A DNA stretch of 64,000 nt, taken from Candidatus Poribacteria bacterium (lineage in GTDB: Bacteria > Poribacteria > WGA-4E > PCPOR2b). Within the stretch, counting starts at the first letter, position 1. Every line of letters begins with the position of its first letter. Position numbers and translations under genes: made by a program. Below, piece by piece: positions 30,132-39,572 of the stretch. Under the pieces are notes generated by a model. The model was not told where the DNA came from and made no database searches. It saw only the letters and a list, made by a program, of their open reading frames with translations. The stretch is from the NCBI GenBank assembly GCA_965215015.1, contig OZ244042.1, positions 928,001-992,000 of the forward strand, read 5' to 3'.

Positions 30132-31268
30132 CTACCAGTTAGTATACGCCCCATCGTCCCTTTGGTAACCGGCAGGTGGACCGGGAGCCGGTGGCGTGGC
30201 GTTGATAAGTGCCTCTTCGTTGAACTCAATACCAAGTCCGGGACTCTCAGGTGGAAGTAAATAGCCATCAGCAAACGGCATCTGAACTGGAAAGACATCG
30301 GTAAGGCTCGTCATCGGTGGACGCGGCAGCTCCTGTACCCCGACAAGGGCTGATGCCAAACAGAGGTGGAGACAGGCTGCTGTTGAAACAGGACCGAGTG
30401 GATTGTGTGGGACAATGTGGATGTAGTGCGTCTCACACCAACCCGCGATCTTCCGAGCCTCCGTCAAGCCCCCGGCAATGCAGAGGTCAATTCGACAGTA
30501 ATCCATCAAGTCCTCTTCGATCGCTTCCCGAAAACTCCATTTGCTGTCAAACTGTTCGCCCACCGCAAGTGGGACCGATGTATTTTGTCGAACTAACTTC
30601 AGACTCGCCGGATTTTCGCTGCGAAGCGGGTCTTCAATGAAGAAGGGCCGATACGCCTCAACCCTTTTACAAAATTCAATGCTGGCAGGTGGATCCAACC
30701 GCGTGTGGACATCCACAAGAATCTCGACATCATCACCGAGCACTTCTCTGACCGCCTTTACCTGCTCAATCCCGAACCGCACTGCTCGCGTCGGCTCAAA
30801 CCGATCGTCGCCTTCCGGGTCACATAACCCCCATCGAACAAATTTCCATCCCGCTTCGTAGGTCCTCTGGCAACTCTGGACGAGCGATTCAATATTATTT
30901 GGGTCACCGTTGTGGGGATAACAAACCACCTTATCGCGGGTCCTTCCCCCCAATAATTCGTATACCGGCACGCCCAACGCCTTACCTTTAAGATCCCACA
31001 GCGCAATGTCTACTGCACTCACTGCCGCGGACTGAATCACGCCGCCGGGGAAGAAACCGCCGCGAAACATCCGCTGCCACAAATACTCAATACGAAACGG
31101 GTCTTGACCGAGCAGGGTGGGTTCAGACGAATGGATGACTTCTGCCATCGCTCGTCCCCGCCGTTTCAAGCCCCCTTCGCCAATACCGTAGATACCTTCG
31201 TCCGTCTCGACCTTCACGAAAAAATTTCCAGTTGATGCAATAAACGGTTTAACCGCCGTAATCTTCAT
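30132..31268 (-). CDS. Mandelate racemase / galactonate dehydratase-like enolase-superfamily enzyme
   Basis: SAVDIALWDLKGKALGVPVYELLGG, DVH, FIEDP, VGEQ, PHNPLGP. Confidence 0.9.
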   Translation of the reverse strand: MKITAVKPFIASTGNFFVKVETDEGIYGIGEGGLKRRGRAMAEVIHSSEPTLLGQDPFRIEYLWQRMFRGGFFPGGVIQSAAVSAVDIALWDLKGKALGVPVYELLGGRTRDKVVCYPHNGDPNNIESLVQSCQRTYEAGWKFVRWGLCDPEGDDRFEPTRAVRFGIEQVKAVREVLGDDVEILVDVHTRLDPPASIEFCKRVEAYRPFFIEDPLRSENPASLKLVRQNTSVPLAVGEQFDSKWSFREAIEEDLMDYCRIDLCIAGGLTEARKIAGWCETHYIHIVPHNPLGPVSTAACLHLCLASALVGVQELPRPPMTSLTDVFPVQMPFADGYLLPPESPGLGIEFNEEALINATPPAPGPPAGYQRDDGAYTNW

Positions 31269-31623
31269 GTATTACCTCCAGTTGAATGATGTAGGCGAAC
31301 CCGGTTTTTCGGAGTTCGCCTACAAGGCGCATTGAGGCATGGGAGATTATCCGTCACACCTCGCGTCTGATCGGTGCTTATTTATTGCTAGGCGTGTTGA
31401 TATTTTGTTGTAGTCAATTCCACAAATACTGTAAGTAAATCGAAATCCATATCTCGACACAGCCTGTTGATTTTGGCAAATTAACCTACAACCGTCCGAA
31501 ATCGTTTCTGATGTGTGGACAAAGGGGTTGGCAGACCGAACCCCTACGAAGATCATGAGTCTGTGCATCCCCTTGATTGTCTGGTTGCGATGAAATGCCA
31601 ACAGAACCTAGCAACTAAGGTTA

Positions 31624-32433
31624 TTATACATCGTCCACTGGTGAAGGCACGTTATCCTGACAGTAGACGGGACGGAAGAGCGTGGAGCGTTTGAACGGCA
31701 TTTCAGCGAGGTGTTTTGGATGGGGCTCCCATTTATGCCATTTGTTACCGACAACATTGTAGCAGTTGAAAATAGCGACCCGATCTACTGTATCGTCCCC
31801 CCACTGTGCGCCGGTGTGGGTGATCGCTTCCGTGAAAAACAGCACAGATCCCGCTGGACAGGAATAATCGTCCCACAGTGGACAATCCCGATCCTGTGTT
31901 GATTTTGGTGGAGGGAAAGCACCTTTGTGACTTCCCGTCAAGAATAGGGTGCCGCCGCTACGTTTCTTAACCGGATTCAATTCCCATACGACTCGCGTCA
32001 GTCCGCTGTGCGCCTTGTCGTGGTGCATATGATAGGTATGTGAGTTGCCCGGAAAATTCAACATGCCCCGTCCGCCATGAGGACTGAAGTTGTCATGCCC
32101 TTTGGCTCGAATCGTCAGGAACGTGCCTTCCATGCGAAAGCCGTAGCACTCTTCACCCGAATAACCTGTCGCAACAAATTCGTTCATGAAGCCGAGGACA
32201 ATGGGGTGGTCGGTCAATTTTTCGAGGGGTCCACCGATGGATGAGCGATGATGCTCCGGTATAGATTCGGGATCCTTTTTTAAACGGTAGCAAAAATCCC
32301 GCATCTCGGCGACTTCGTCGCCGGTCAACACGCTGGGGAGGGCTATCCACCCCCGCGTGTCGAAGATGAATTTCTGGTCTTCGGTAAATTCTATTGCCGG
32401 TTTGTCATCGGCGTTCGTCGTGGGTATAGGCAT
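31624..32433 (-). CDS. Phytanoyl-CoA dioxygenase (PhyH)-like protein
   Basis: FDTRGW, GGTLFLTGSHK, PAGSVLFFTEAITH; the first iron motif is HGG rather than HxD. Confidence 0.75.
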   Translation of the reverse strand: MPIPTTNADDKPAIEFTEDQKFIFDTRGWIALPSVLTGDEVAEMRDFCYRLKKDPESIPEHHRSSIGGPLEKLTDHPIVLGFMNEFVATGYSGEECYGFRMEGTFLTIRAKGHDNFSPHGGRGMLNFPGNSHTYHMHHDKAHSGLTRVVWELNPVKKRSGGTLFLTGSHKGAFPPPKSTQDRDCPLWDDYSCPAGSVLFFTEAITHTGAQWGDDTVDRVAIFNCYNVVGNKWHKWEPHPKHLAEMPFKRSTLFRPVYCQDNVPSPVDDV

Positions 32434-32620
32434 ACATACATCTCCTAATTTTGGGGATAATTCCTTGTTCGTCAGGGTTTGGTTGATTGCCCAAGTGACC
32501 TTCTATGGGTGCATATGAACCTATACAAGGGCTTTGGAGAAAGTATTACTCCAATAGCATATCGTCCGCTCATTATAGCCAAACTCTCATTTTTCGACAA
32601 GTGTTTTTTGAACAACGTGT

Positions 32621-32746
32621 AGGGGGATTGTATCTGTTATAGAAATTACGCATCGGGGATCACAGGTTAGGAAACCTATGACTACGAGTTCATTGCCATT
32701 GTCGTATGTCAAAGTCATATACAATATTTACACACGATTGCCCTAG
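32621..32746. repeat. Dispersed repeat, family C
   Basis: Shares TGTATCTGTTATAGAAAT, GGGGATCACAGGTTAGGAAACC and the 3' block with 39353-39555. Confidence 0.65.
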
Positions 32747-32878
32747 GACAGCGTGGTTTTTGTATGGATGCTCTCTTGAGTTTGTGATAAGATAGTTTTG
32801 AATATATTAATGCGAGTTGCTATTCAAAGCTCCAGCGGGGCGACAAATGGACAGTTCCTTACAAGAAACAGGGTAAAC

Positions 32879-33376
32879 ATGAAAACATTACTAATTTTAC
32901 GTCATGCAAAGTCAAGTTGGAAAGATTCGTCATTGACGGATTATGATCGTCCGCTCAACAAGCGCGGCAAACAGGATGCGCTGCGAATGGGAAGGTTTGT
33001 GCTGAAGCAGGGATTGGTGCCTGACAGGATTATCAGCTCGACCGCCAAGCGGGCGCGAAAAACGGCTACGGCAGTCGCTAAAGCGAATCATTGTGAGGAT
33101 AAGGTCGAATTGACATCGGAGTTTTATCATGCGGGACTAGGGGCATACCTCGCTGTTTTGCAAAACGTGCCGGACGCTGATCAACGGGTGATGGTGGTCG
33201 GGCATAATCCTGGGATGGAAGCACTGGTCGCCCACTTAACAGGCAGAATGGAAACGATGCCAACAGCGGCACTGGCTCACCTCGGCTTGCCGATTGACCA
33301 GTGGGCAGAATTGGATTATGAGGTACAAGGGGAGCTGTTGCATTTGTGGCGTCCAAAAGCACTCACATCAGAGTAA
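32879..33376 (+). CDS. sixA: SixA-like histidine phosphatase
   Basis: LRHAKS, DYDRPLNKRG, SSTAKRA, VVGHNPG; start MKTLLIL at 32879. Confidence 0.88.
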   Translation: MKTLLILRHAKSSWKDSSLTDYDRPLNKRGKQDALRMGRFVLKQGLVPDRIISSTAKRARKTATAVAKANHCEDKVELTSEFYHAGLGAYLAVLQNVPDADQRVMVVGHNPGMEALVAHLTGRMETMPTAALAHLGLPIDQWAELDYEVQGELLHLWRPKALTSE

Positions 33377-33491
33377 AAGATTCACCCACAAGTTCAGAAT
33401 CTGCGTGAAGTTGCAGCCCAACGATCACCTGAATAGATGCTCAATCTGTTCAATCATAAAATGAAAAGACAACAAACGGAGGAATTAATAA

Positions 33492-34397
33492 ATGACAAAA
33501 TTTGATCTGATGAAGGGAGTTTTTGGGCTGCTTCCCACACCCTACACAGAGAACCTAGACATCCATACCAACGATCTACAGGCTGCCGCCAATTTCTGCT
33601 GTGAGTCGGGACAACACGGAATTGTTTGGCCCGTTATGGTGGGGGAGTTCTATTTCCTCGGCGAAGAGGAACGCATTCGCAACTTGGATGCCGTTCTTGA
33701 AACAGTTAATGGTAGGTTGCCGGTAGTTTTCGGATGCTCTGGCATCTCTGTGCCGCAGACGCTGCTCTACGCAAGGGCTGCACAGCGGGCGGGAGTAGAT
33801 TCGATAATTGCGATGGCACCGGCACGCACCAACGCGGCGACAGCAATAGATATGTTCAAGCGGCTTGGGGAAGTCTTTGATGGACCGATTATGGTGCAGA
33901 ACGCAGATAGTTACGCGCCGTTGACCGGGGAGCAGATTGTCCAACTCGCAGAGGATGTCCCGCAGATTGAATATGTCAAGGAGGAGAGGCAACCGGGACC
34001 GCAGCACATTGGCGAAGTCAAGCAGTTGGCTGGAGATCGGATCAAGACCATCTTCGGAGGAGCTGCCGGTAAGGTGCTGCCGGCGGAGATGACGCGCGGG
34101 GCTGATGGTTGTATGCCCGCCTGTGAATTTGCTGATTTGCTAGCAAAGATTATGGAGCTTTGGTGGGCAGGTGACGAGACTGGCGCGCGGGAGCTACATA
34201 CCCGCTTGCTGCCCCTGATTAATCTGGAAAACCATCAGTTTGTCCGTTATATTCTCAAACGCAGAGGCGTCTTAACCTCTATGGCGGAACGGGCACCTGC
34301 GCCTCATGAGTTGGATGCGGCGGATAAGCGCGAAATCTCCATCCTGCTAAAGGCGGTCGAAAACGACATTGACGCTTACCCTTTCGGCGCGGAATAA
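33492..34397 (+). CDS. Dihydrodipicolinate synthase family (class I aldolase/dehydratase)
   Basis: LPTPY, GEF..L..EER, Schiff-base lysine in YVKEE, GADGCMP. Confidence 0.85.
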   Translation: MTKFDLMKGVFGLLPTPYTENLDIHTNDLQAAANFCCESGQHGIVWPVMVGEFYFLGEEERIRNLDAVLETVNGRLPVVFGCSGISVPQTLLYARAAQRAGVDSIIAMAPARTNAATAIDMFKRLGEVFDGPIMVQNADSYAPLTGEQIVQLAEDVPQIEYVKEERQPGPQHIGEVKQLAGDRIKTIFGGAAGKVLPAEMTRGADGCMPACEFADLLAKIMELWWAGDETGARELHTRLLPLINLENHQFVRYILKRRGVLTSMAERAPAPHELDAADKREISILLKAVENDIDAYPFGAE

Positions 34398-34560
34398 TGA
34401 ACTTGTAGATGAACTGCCTCACCATTTTAATGCGAACCGGCACAATTCAGAGCAAGCAAGATCTGCTTGACTATCCTATATGTGAATGGTCAAATGCCCA
34501 CCTGCCTGCTTGCTCCCGTTTGCGTGTGAAATTCCCGGTCCACACTGTCCTTCCGGCGTT

Positions 34561-35610
34561 TTAGTCTATATCTACACCCAGCGACTCGGCAAGTGCCTCT
34601 AGCCTTTCCCAGAGCGCATCAGCGATAGGGATGCCCTCGCGTCCGCGAGTCGCTTCCGCACACGCTTCAAGGTCACCGGGGAGCAGAACCTCGTCGAAAC
34701 CGGGTGCCGGAGGTACGGATCGGATCTGCTTTCCTAAATCCTCGATTCGCGTCGAGTAATCCGCCAACGACTGAAACAGATCCGCCTTCATAACCATCAT
34801 GGTAACCCCGGAGTGGCGGAAAATGGGACCACCCCGTTTATCTTCGTCCGAAAAGGCATCTGCTCCGGACAAGATTCGTCCAAAGAATTCCACCGCCAGC
34901 ATCAGAGCATAGCCTTTGTGCCCGCCAAACGGAAGCAACGAACCGCCGTCTAGATAATCCATCGGATTTGTCGAAGGATTGCCATCTTTGTCAACAATGC
35001 TGCCCGGTGGTAGTTGTACATTTCTATCTCTCGCCGTGAGGACCTTACTTCCCGCAACGACTGTCGTGGCATAATCGATGATCATTGGGGGACCATCACC
35101 GACAGGGAAACCCATGCCAATAGGGTTCGTACTCAGAACTGGTTGCCGCCCCCCATAGGGAACAGCGACCGGCTGTTCTGCACCGAACCCACCCGCCCAG
35201 ATTATTGATAGCATCTCTTTGGCGGCTGCGATTTCAGCGTATTCGCCCAGACGCCCGATATGGTTTATCTGAACAGCACTTACGACCGCCACGTTGTGAC
35301 TTTCAGCCTTCTTTATTGCAACCTCCATCGCATACTTCGCCGTCACATGCCCAAAGGTCCAGTTGCCTGTTATGAGGGCACTTGTGGCGTCCTCCTGCCG
35401 GATTTGGGGCCAAGCGGTGGGAACAATTTCACCGGCTTGAATCTTCTCGACATAGCTCGGCAGGTGCAGAATGCCGTGCGTATCAACGCCGCGTAAGGTC
35501 GATAAAACCAACGCTTCCGCAACACGGTTGGCGTTACGCTCATTGGCTCCCGCGGCTAGCAGTGCCTCGCGGATGAATTTGTCAAGTTGAGCAGCTGTTT
35601 TTATAACCAT
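34561..35610 (-). CDS. Ldh_2 family oxidoreductase (type 2 malate/L-lactate dehydrogenase-like)
   Basis: RGVDTHG, NHIGRLGEY, STNPI, GGHKGYAL; start MVIKT at 35610 with GAGGAGG upstream. Confidence 0.9.
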   Translation of the reverse strand: MVIKTAAQLDKFIREALLAAGANERNANRVAEALVLSTLRGVDTHGILHLPSYVEKIQAGEIVPTAWPQIRQEDATSALITGNWTFGHVTAKYAMEVAIKKAESHNVAVVSAVQINHIGRLGEYAEIAAAKEMLSIIWAGGFGAEQPVAVPYGGRQPVLSTNPIGMGFPVGDGPPMIIDYATTVVAGSKVLTARDRNVQLPPGSIVDKDGNPSTNPMDYLDGGSLLPFGGHKGYALMLAVEFFGRILSGADAFSDEDKRGGPIFRHSGVTMMVMKADLFQSLADYSTRIEDLGKQIRSVPPAPGFDEVLLPGDLEACAEATRGREGIPIADALWERLEALAESLGVDID

Positions 35611-36019
35611 TATTAAAATCCTCCTCAGAATAGTGCCAATCACCAACAAAATCAGGTTCGCTCATGTTAAGAAATCGTGCAAAGCCTCCGAGTTTTGCCG
35701 AAAAAACTCGGAGCCTCTAAGCTGCTTCGCCCTTTCTTCTCATAAGGTTTTGGTTACAACGTTAGATTTAGATGGGTGTTCCGTGCATAAGCTTTCGCAG
35801 TTTCCGTGTAGGCTATCCAAGTAGAGTTACCTGTCGATTCAGGTTATAACTATAGCATGTATCCGTGACACAATCAATCGGATTCGGAGATGGCTTCCCG
35901 TGGGGAGGGACATGTGTAAAACCTCTTGACGGAGTAGCTGATGCCGTGCTAGGATACACCAAGCGATAATTGTGGTTAGCTTCTATTTTTTATTATTAGA
36001 TAACAAGGAGGAGTTCAGC

Positions 36020-37114
36020 TTGGCTAAAAAATTCAGAGTTGGTATTATTGCAAGCGGCCGTATTGCTCGTTCACACGGTCAAGGTTGGACAGAATGTAAT
36101 CGCACCGAAATCGTTGCGATCGCCGATTTCCACCCTGATGCACTAGCAGATTATGCACGGGATTTTAATGTTAAAAGCCAGTATCTCGATTATCGGGAGA
36201 TGATGGAAAAGGAAGATCTTGACATCGTCAGTGTCTGCTCTTGGAATCCGCAACACGCTGAGATGACGATTGCGGCAGCGGTTCAAAGACCTCAAGTGAT
36301 ACTCTGCGAGAAACCGATGGCTTGCTCGCTCGGAGAAGCCGAAGCAATGATGATCGCTTGTGAACGCAACGGAGTCAAATTTGCGATTGGTCATCAACGT
36401 CGTTTCTATTCTTCGTGGCAGGAAGCGAGGCGCCTCCTTGAGGATGGTGCCATCGGCGAACCCCGCCGGCTTTGGTCCTCGGTGAGAGCGGGGATGCTGA
36501 ACACAGGGACCCACTGTGTTGATTTCCAACTCTTTGTCCTAGGAAACCCACAGGCGGAGTGGGTCATGGGTTCCGTGGAACGTAAAACCGATCACTATCT
36601 CTTCGGACATCGGGTCGAAGACCGCTGCTGCGCGCTGATTGGGTATCCCAACGACGTTGAAGGTGTTATTGAGAACGAGGTCCCTATCAGTGGTGGACTC
36701 TATCAAGTCGGTGCTACGATATACGGCAGCGATGGCATGATGGATGTCAACGATAATAGCTTGAAATATATGACCCCTAATAAGGCTGGTTGGCAGGTGT
36801 TTGAGCCAACTGAAAAAAATCGGACTGGGTATGGTAGCGCATTTACAAGTCAGGCGTATGCAATCTGCGACTGGATTGATGGCAAAATTGATGACTATCC
36901 GGGGCAAGCAAAGTATGGGAAGGCTGCTCTGGAGATTATGATGGCGGTCTACGAATCAGCCCGTATGCACGAGCGGGTAAGACTGCCCCTAGAGACCCGT
37001 GCCAATCCACTGGATGTGGCGGTGGAAACCGGCGTTATTCCAGTCGAACGTCCCGGTCAATGGGACGAACGCTCTTTCTTGGTGCGCGGTGAATCAATGA
37101 CTTGGATCAAATAA
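36020..37114 (+). CDS. Gfo/Idh/MocA family oxidoreductase
   Basis: CEKPMA, GHQRRF, GTHCVD; TTG start at 36020 after AAGGAGG. Confidence 0.9.
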   Translation: MAKKFRVGIIASGRIARSHGQGWTECNRTEIVAIADFHPDALADYARDFNVKSQYLDYREMMEKEDLDIVSVCSWNPQHAEMTIAAAVQRPQVILCEKPMACSLGEAEAMMIACERNGVKFAIGHQRRFYSSWQEARRLLEDGAIGEPRRLWSSVRAGMLNTGTHCVDFQLFVLGNPQAEWVMGSVERKTDHYLFGHRVEDRCCALIGYPNDVEGVIENEVPISGGLYQVGATIYGSDGMMDVNDNSLKYMTPNKAGWQVFEPTEKNRTGYGSAFTSQAYAICDWIDGKIDDYPGQAKYGKAALEIMMAVYESARMHERVRLPLETRANPLDVAVETGVIPVERPGQWDERSFLVRGESMTWIK

Positions 37115-37129
37115 GCTGCAAGGTACAGC

Positions 37130-37705
37130 ATGAGCGTTCTGGAGGTACAAATCATCACGCTCTCACCCAACGATGAACGGGCTATCGAGCAGGTTGCTGC
37201 ATTGTTGATTGAGGGATTTAAAGGACACTCGCCAAACGCTTGGTCCAACATGGCAACTGCTTTGGAGGAGGTACGAGAATCCTTTGGGGAAGATTGGATC
37301 AGCTGTATCGCCGTTGACCATAACGGTGAGATTATAGGTTGGATTGGTGGTTTGAGTCTGTATGATGGGAATGTCTGGGAAATCCATCTATTGGTCGTTA
37401 AACCGAGCCGACAAGGGGGTGGGATTGGGCGGCAGCTTGTCCGCGATTTTGAGAACCTTGTCCGAACACGAGGGGGTTTGACAATTTGGGTTGGGGCTGA
37501 TGATGAGGACGATATGACAACCCTTGCAGGGGTTGACCTTTACGCAAATGCCCTTGAGCATTTGGCACAAATCAAAAACTTGCGCCGCCACCCATACGAG
37601 TTTTATCAGAAACTCGGTTTTGTCATCACAGGTGTGATGCCCGATGCCAACGGGCGTGGAAAGGCGGACATCTTCCTCGCAAAGCGGGTTGCTCCTGATT
37701 GCTAA
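37130..37705 (+). CDS. GNAT acetyltransferase of the AAC(6')-Ia/Ii-like type
   Basis: GWIGG..YDGNVWEIHLLVV, QGGGIG, RGGLTIWVGADD, NLRRHPYEFYQKLGF, PDANG motifs parallel those of AAC(6')-Ii. Confidence 0.8.
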   Translation: MSVLEVQIITLSPNDERAIEQVAALLIEGFKGHSPNAWSNMATALEEVRESFGEDWISCIAVDHNGEIIGWIGGLSLYDGNVWEIHLLVVKPSRQGGGIGRQLVRDFENLVRTRGGLTIWVGADDEDDMTTLAGVDLYANALEHLAQIKNLRRHPYEFYQKLGFVITGVMPDANGRGKADIFLAKRVAPDC

Positions 37706-37728
37706 ACAATCATAAAGGAGGAAATAGT

Positions 37729-38607
37729 ATGAACAACAATACAATCCGAGTCGCATCGATCGCAATGCACAGCGTCATGGGCGATCCGTCAGCAAACTTG
37801 ATACGCGTAGCAGAGTGGGCACACAAAGCACATGCTCAAGGGGCGAACTTTGGAATCTTCCCGGAAGAGTGTCTCACCGGGTCAATGAACAAGTCCGACC
37901 TGACGTTTGAGGAGGCGCGGCAGATTGCAGGAGCGGCGGCAAAAGAATCGGTGCCATTTCTGGAATCTCTCTCTCGTAAACTACAGATGACGCTTGTAGT
38001 TGGTACGATTGAGCTGTTCGGTGACCACCTTCGTAACAGTGCCCTCATTGTGGGACCCGAGGGATATCTGGCAACCTTTTCAAAACTCCATCTGCCCAAT
38101 CCCAATGAGCGAGAATGGTTTGTGCCCGGCGATACGTTTCCGGTAGTTGTCTCGCAGGGGTGGACGTTTGGGGTGGGAATCTGTTACGATTTGCGTTTTC
38201 CCGAACTTTTTCGGAGCGCGGCGCAGAAAGGGGCAGAACTTTTCTTTATCCCCGTTGGCGGCAGCGGGGCAATCGAGAAGATTTCCGCCGATGGAGGTCA
38301 GCGTGAGCAAGCCGAGTTTCACAAGGAGTTGGCAATGCAATTGCTACCCGCGCGTGCGGTTGATAATGCCCTCCATATCTTCTATGCGAATCAGTCGGGG
38401 CACAGCGGCAATGCTTGGTTTCCCGGATTATGCTTGGCGATAGATCCGAACGGAAAACTGATTGATGAATATCTCCCAGATGAAGGGATGATTGTCACAA
38501 AAGTAAAAAGGGAGGTGACGGATAGGGCAAGGGCTTCTGCTAGCTGTACAGTTGATGAGGCGCGGCCCGCAATCTACGAGGCAGCCCGACTTGTGGCAGG
38601 AGAATAG
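37729..38607 (+). CDS. Carbon-nitrogen hydrolase (nitrilase superfamily)
   Basis: Catalytic triad motifs FPEE, KLHL and ICYDLRFPE; ARAVDN. Confidence 0.9.
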   Translation: MNNNTIRVASIAMHSVMGDPSANLIRVAEWAHKAHAQGANFGIFPEECLTGSMNKSDLTFEEARQIAGAAAKESVPFLESLSRKLQMTLVVGTIELFGDHLRNSALIVGPEGYLATFSKLHLPNPNEREWFVPGDTFPVVVSQGWTFGVGICYDLRFPELFRSAAQKGAELFFIPVGGSGAIEKISADGGQREQAEFHKELAMQLLPARAVDNALHIFYANQSGHSGNAWFPGLCLAIDPNGKLIDEYLPDEGMIVTKVKREVTDRARASASCTVDEARPAIYEAARLVAGE

Positions 38608-39056
38608 CTCTCTCGCCTATCTAACCAATAGATCGTTTGAAATATCTGCCCATCCCGCAGTGGTATTGCCTGCTTACCCTTCACAATTTTAATGACATGC
38701 GCCGCCGATTGTCGCATATCCCCATCCTTCGATTGGCTCAGAATTTCTCTAACCTTTGGTAAAACCTCTTTCTCACCCAATACCCCAAGCACAAGGGCTA
38801 TCCTATTATCCCACTCAACAGATTGCTTCTGATTAGTAGTGAACTTGCTTCGCTTAGTAGCTTTGGCGCGCTGCCTTATCTCGCGTAATTGATTTTTGCC
38901 GACCTGTTCTACAGAGAACATATATTGCTTTTTAAAGTATTCTTCTTCGCTAATATATCCATTTTCTATCAACTTACCCGATGGAGATTTTCGCATCTCA
39001 TCTGCTAATGCTGAGAGGAATAACTTAATTTTAGTTTCGTTACTAGTATCCTTCAT
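38574..39056 (-). CDS. Hypothetical AT-rich ORF with a partial HEAT repeat; probably a truncated remnant
   Basis: ALVLGVLGEKEVLPKVREILSQSKDGDMRQSAA is HEAT-like; the 3' end runs into the convergent gene. Confidence 0.4.
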   Translation of the reverse strand: MKDTSNETKIKLFLSALADEMRKSPSGKLIENGYISEEEYFKKQYMFSVEQVGKNQLREIRQRAKATKRSKFTTNQKQSVEWDNRIALVLGVLGEKEVLPKVREILSQSKDGDMRQSAAHVIKIVKGKQAIPLRDGQIFQTIYWLDRRESYSPATSRAAS

Positions 39057-39129
39057 TTTCACTAAACCACGAAATGCTTGAGCTCTCACCGAATGGACCT
39101 ACCTAGATCTTTGTTGAATCTATACTGAA

Positions 39130-39321
39130 TAGGACTTACGCAGTTGAAGGCTCAAAGCCAACACCAGAAAAGGTCGCGCAATGTTCAGGGTGGGTTGAGC
39201 CATGACTCTAGCACAAGAGTCACGGTATCCTCGGCGATTTATCGCCGCTGGACACCGTTTCCAACGCCCAATGAATCGGGCAACTATAGCAGAAACTCCC
39301 TACGGAAGTACGTAACTCCCA
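39130..39321. mobile_element. MITE-like element, family A
   Basis: TAGGACTTACGCAGTTGA ... TACGTAACTCCCA with internal palindromes. Confidence 0.72.
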
Positions 39322-39352
39322 CGACAAAGAAAAGAATATTCAGGAGATTAAG

Positions 39353-39555
39353 TGGGGGAACTGTATCTGTTATAGAAATAAGGCAACCGACTAATCAGAA
39401 CCTGGGGGAATCACTATCGTGGCGCAGTGCCTGACTTCGACGAAGCCGAAGTTGCCTAAGCTGTGGGGATCACAGGTTAGGAAACCAGGGGCTACTATTA
39501 GATTTCCATTACCGTATGCCAAAGTCCTACACACTATTTACATGCAATTACCCTG
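39353..39555. repeat. Dispersed repeat, family C, with an extra internal segment
   Basis: Collinear with 32621-32746 but with about 80 additional nt inside. Confidence 0.6.
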
Positions 39556-39572
39556 GGAGATTAAGTAAGCAA

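Noticed and set aside
39144-39434. 96-aa ORF (and similar ORFs at 14121-14375 and 30017-30298)
   Set aside because: They overlap family A MITE-like elements and are probably non-coding.
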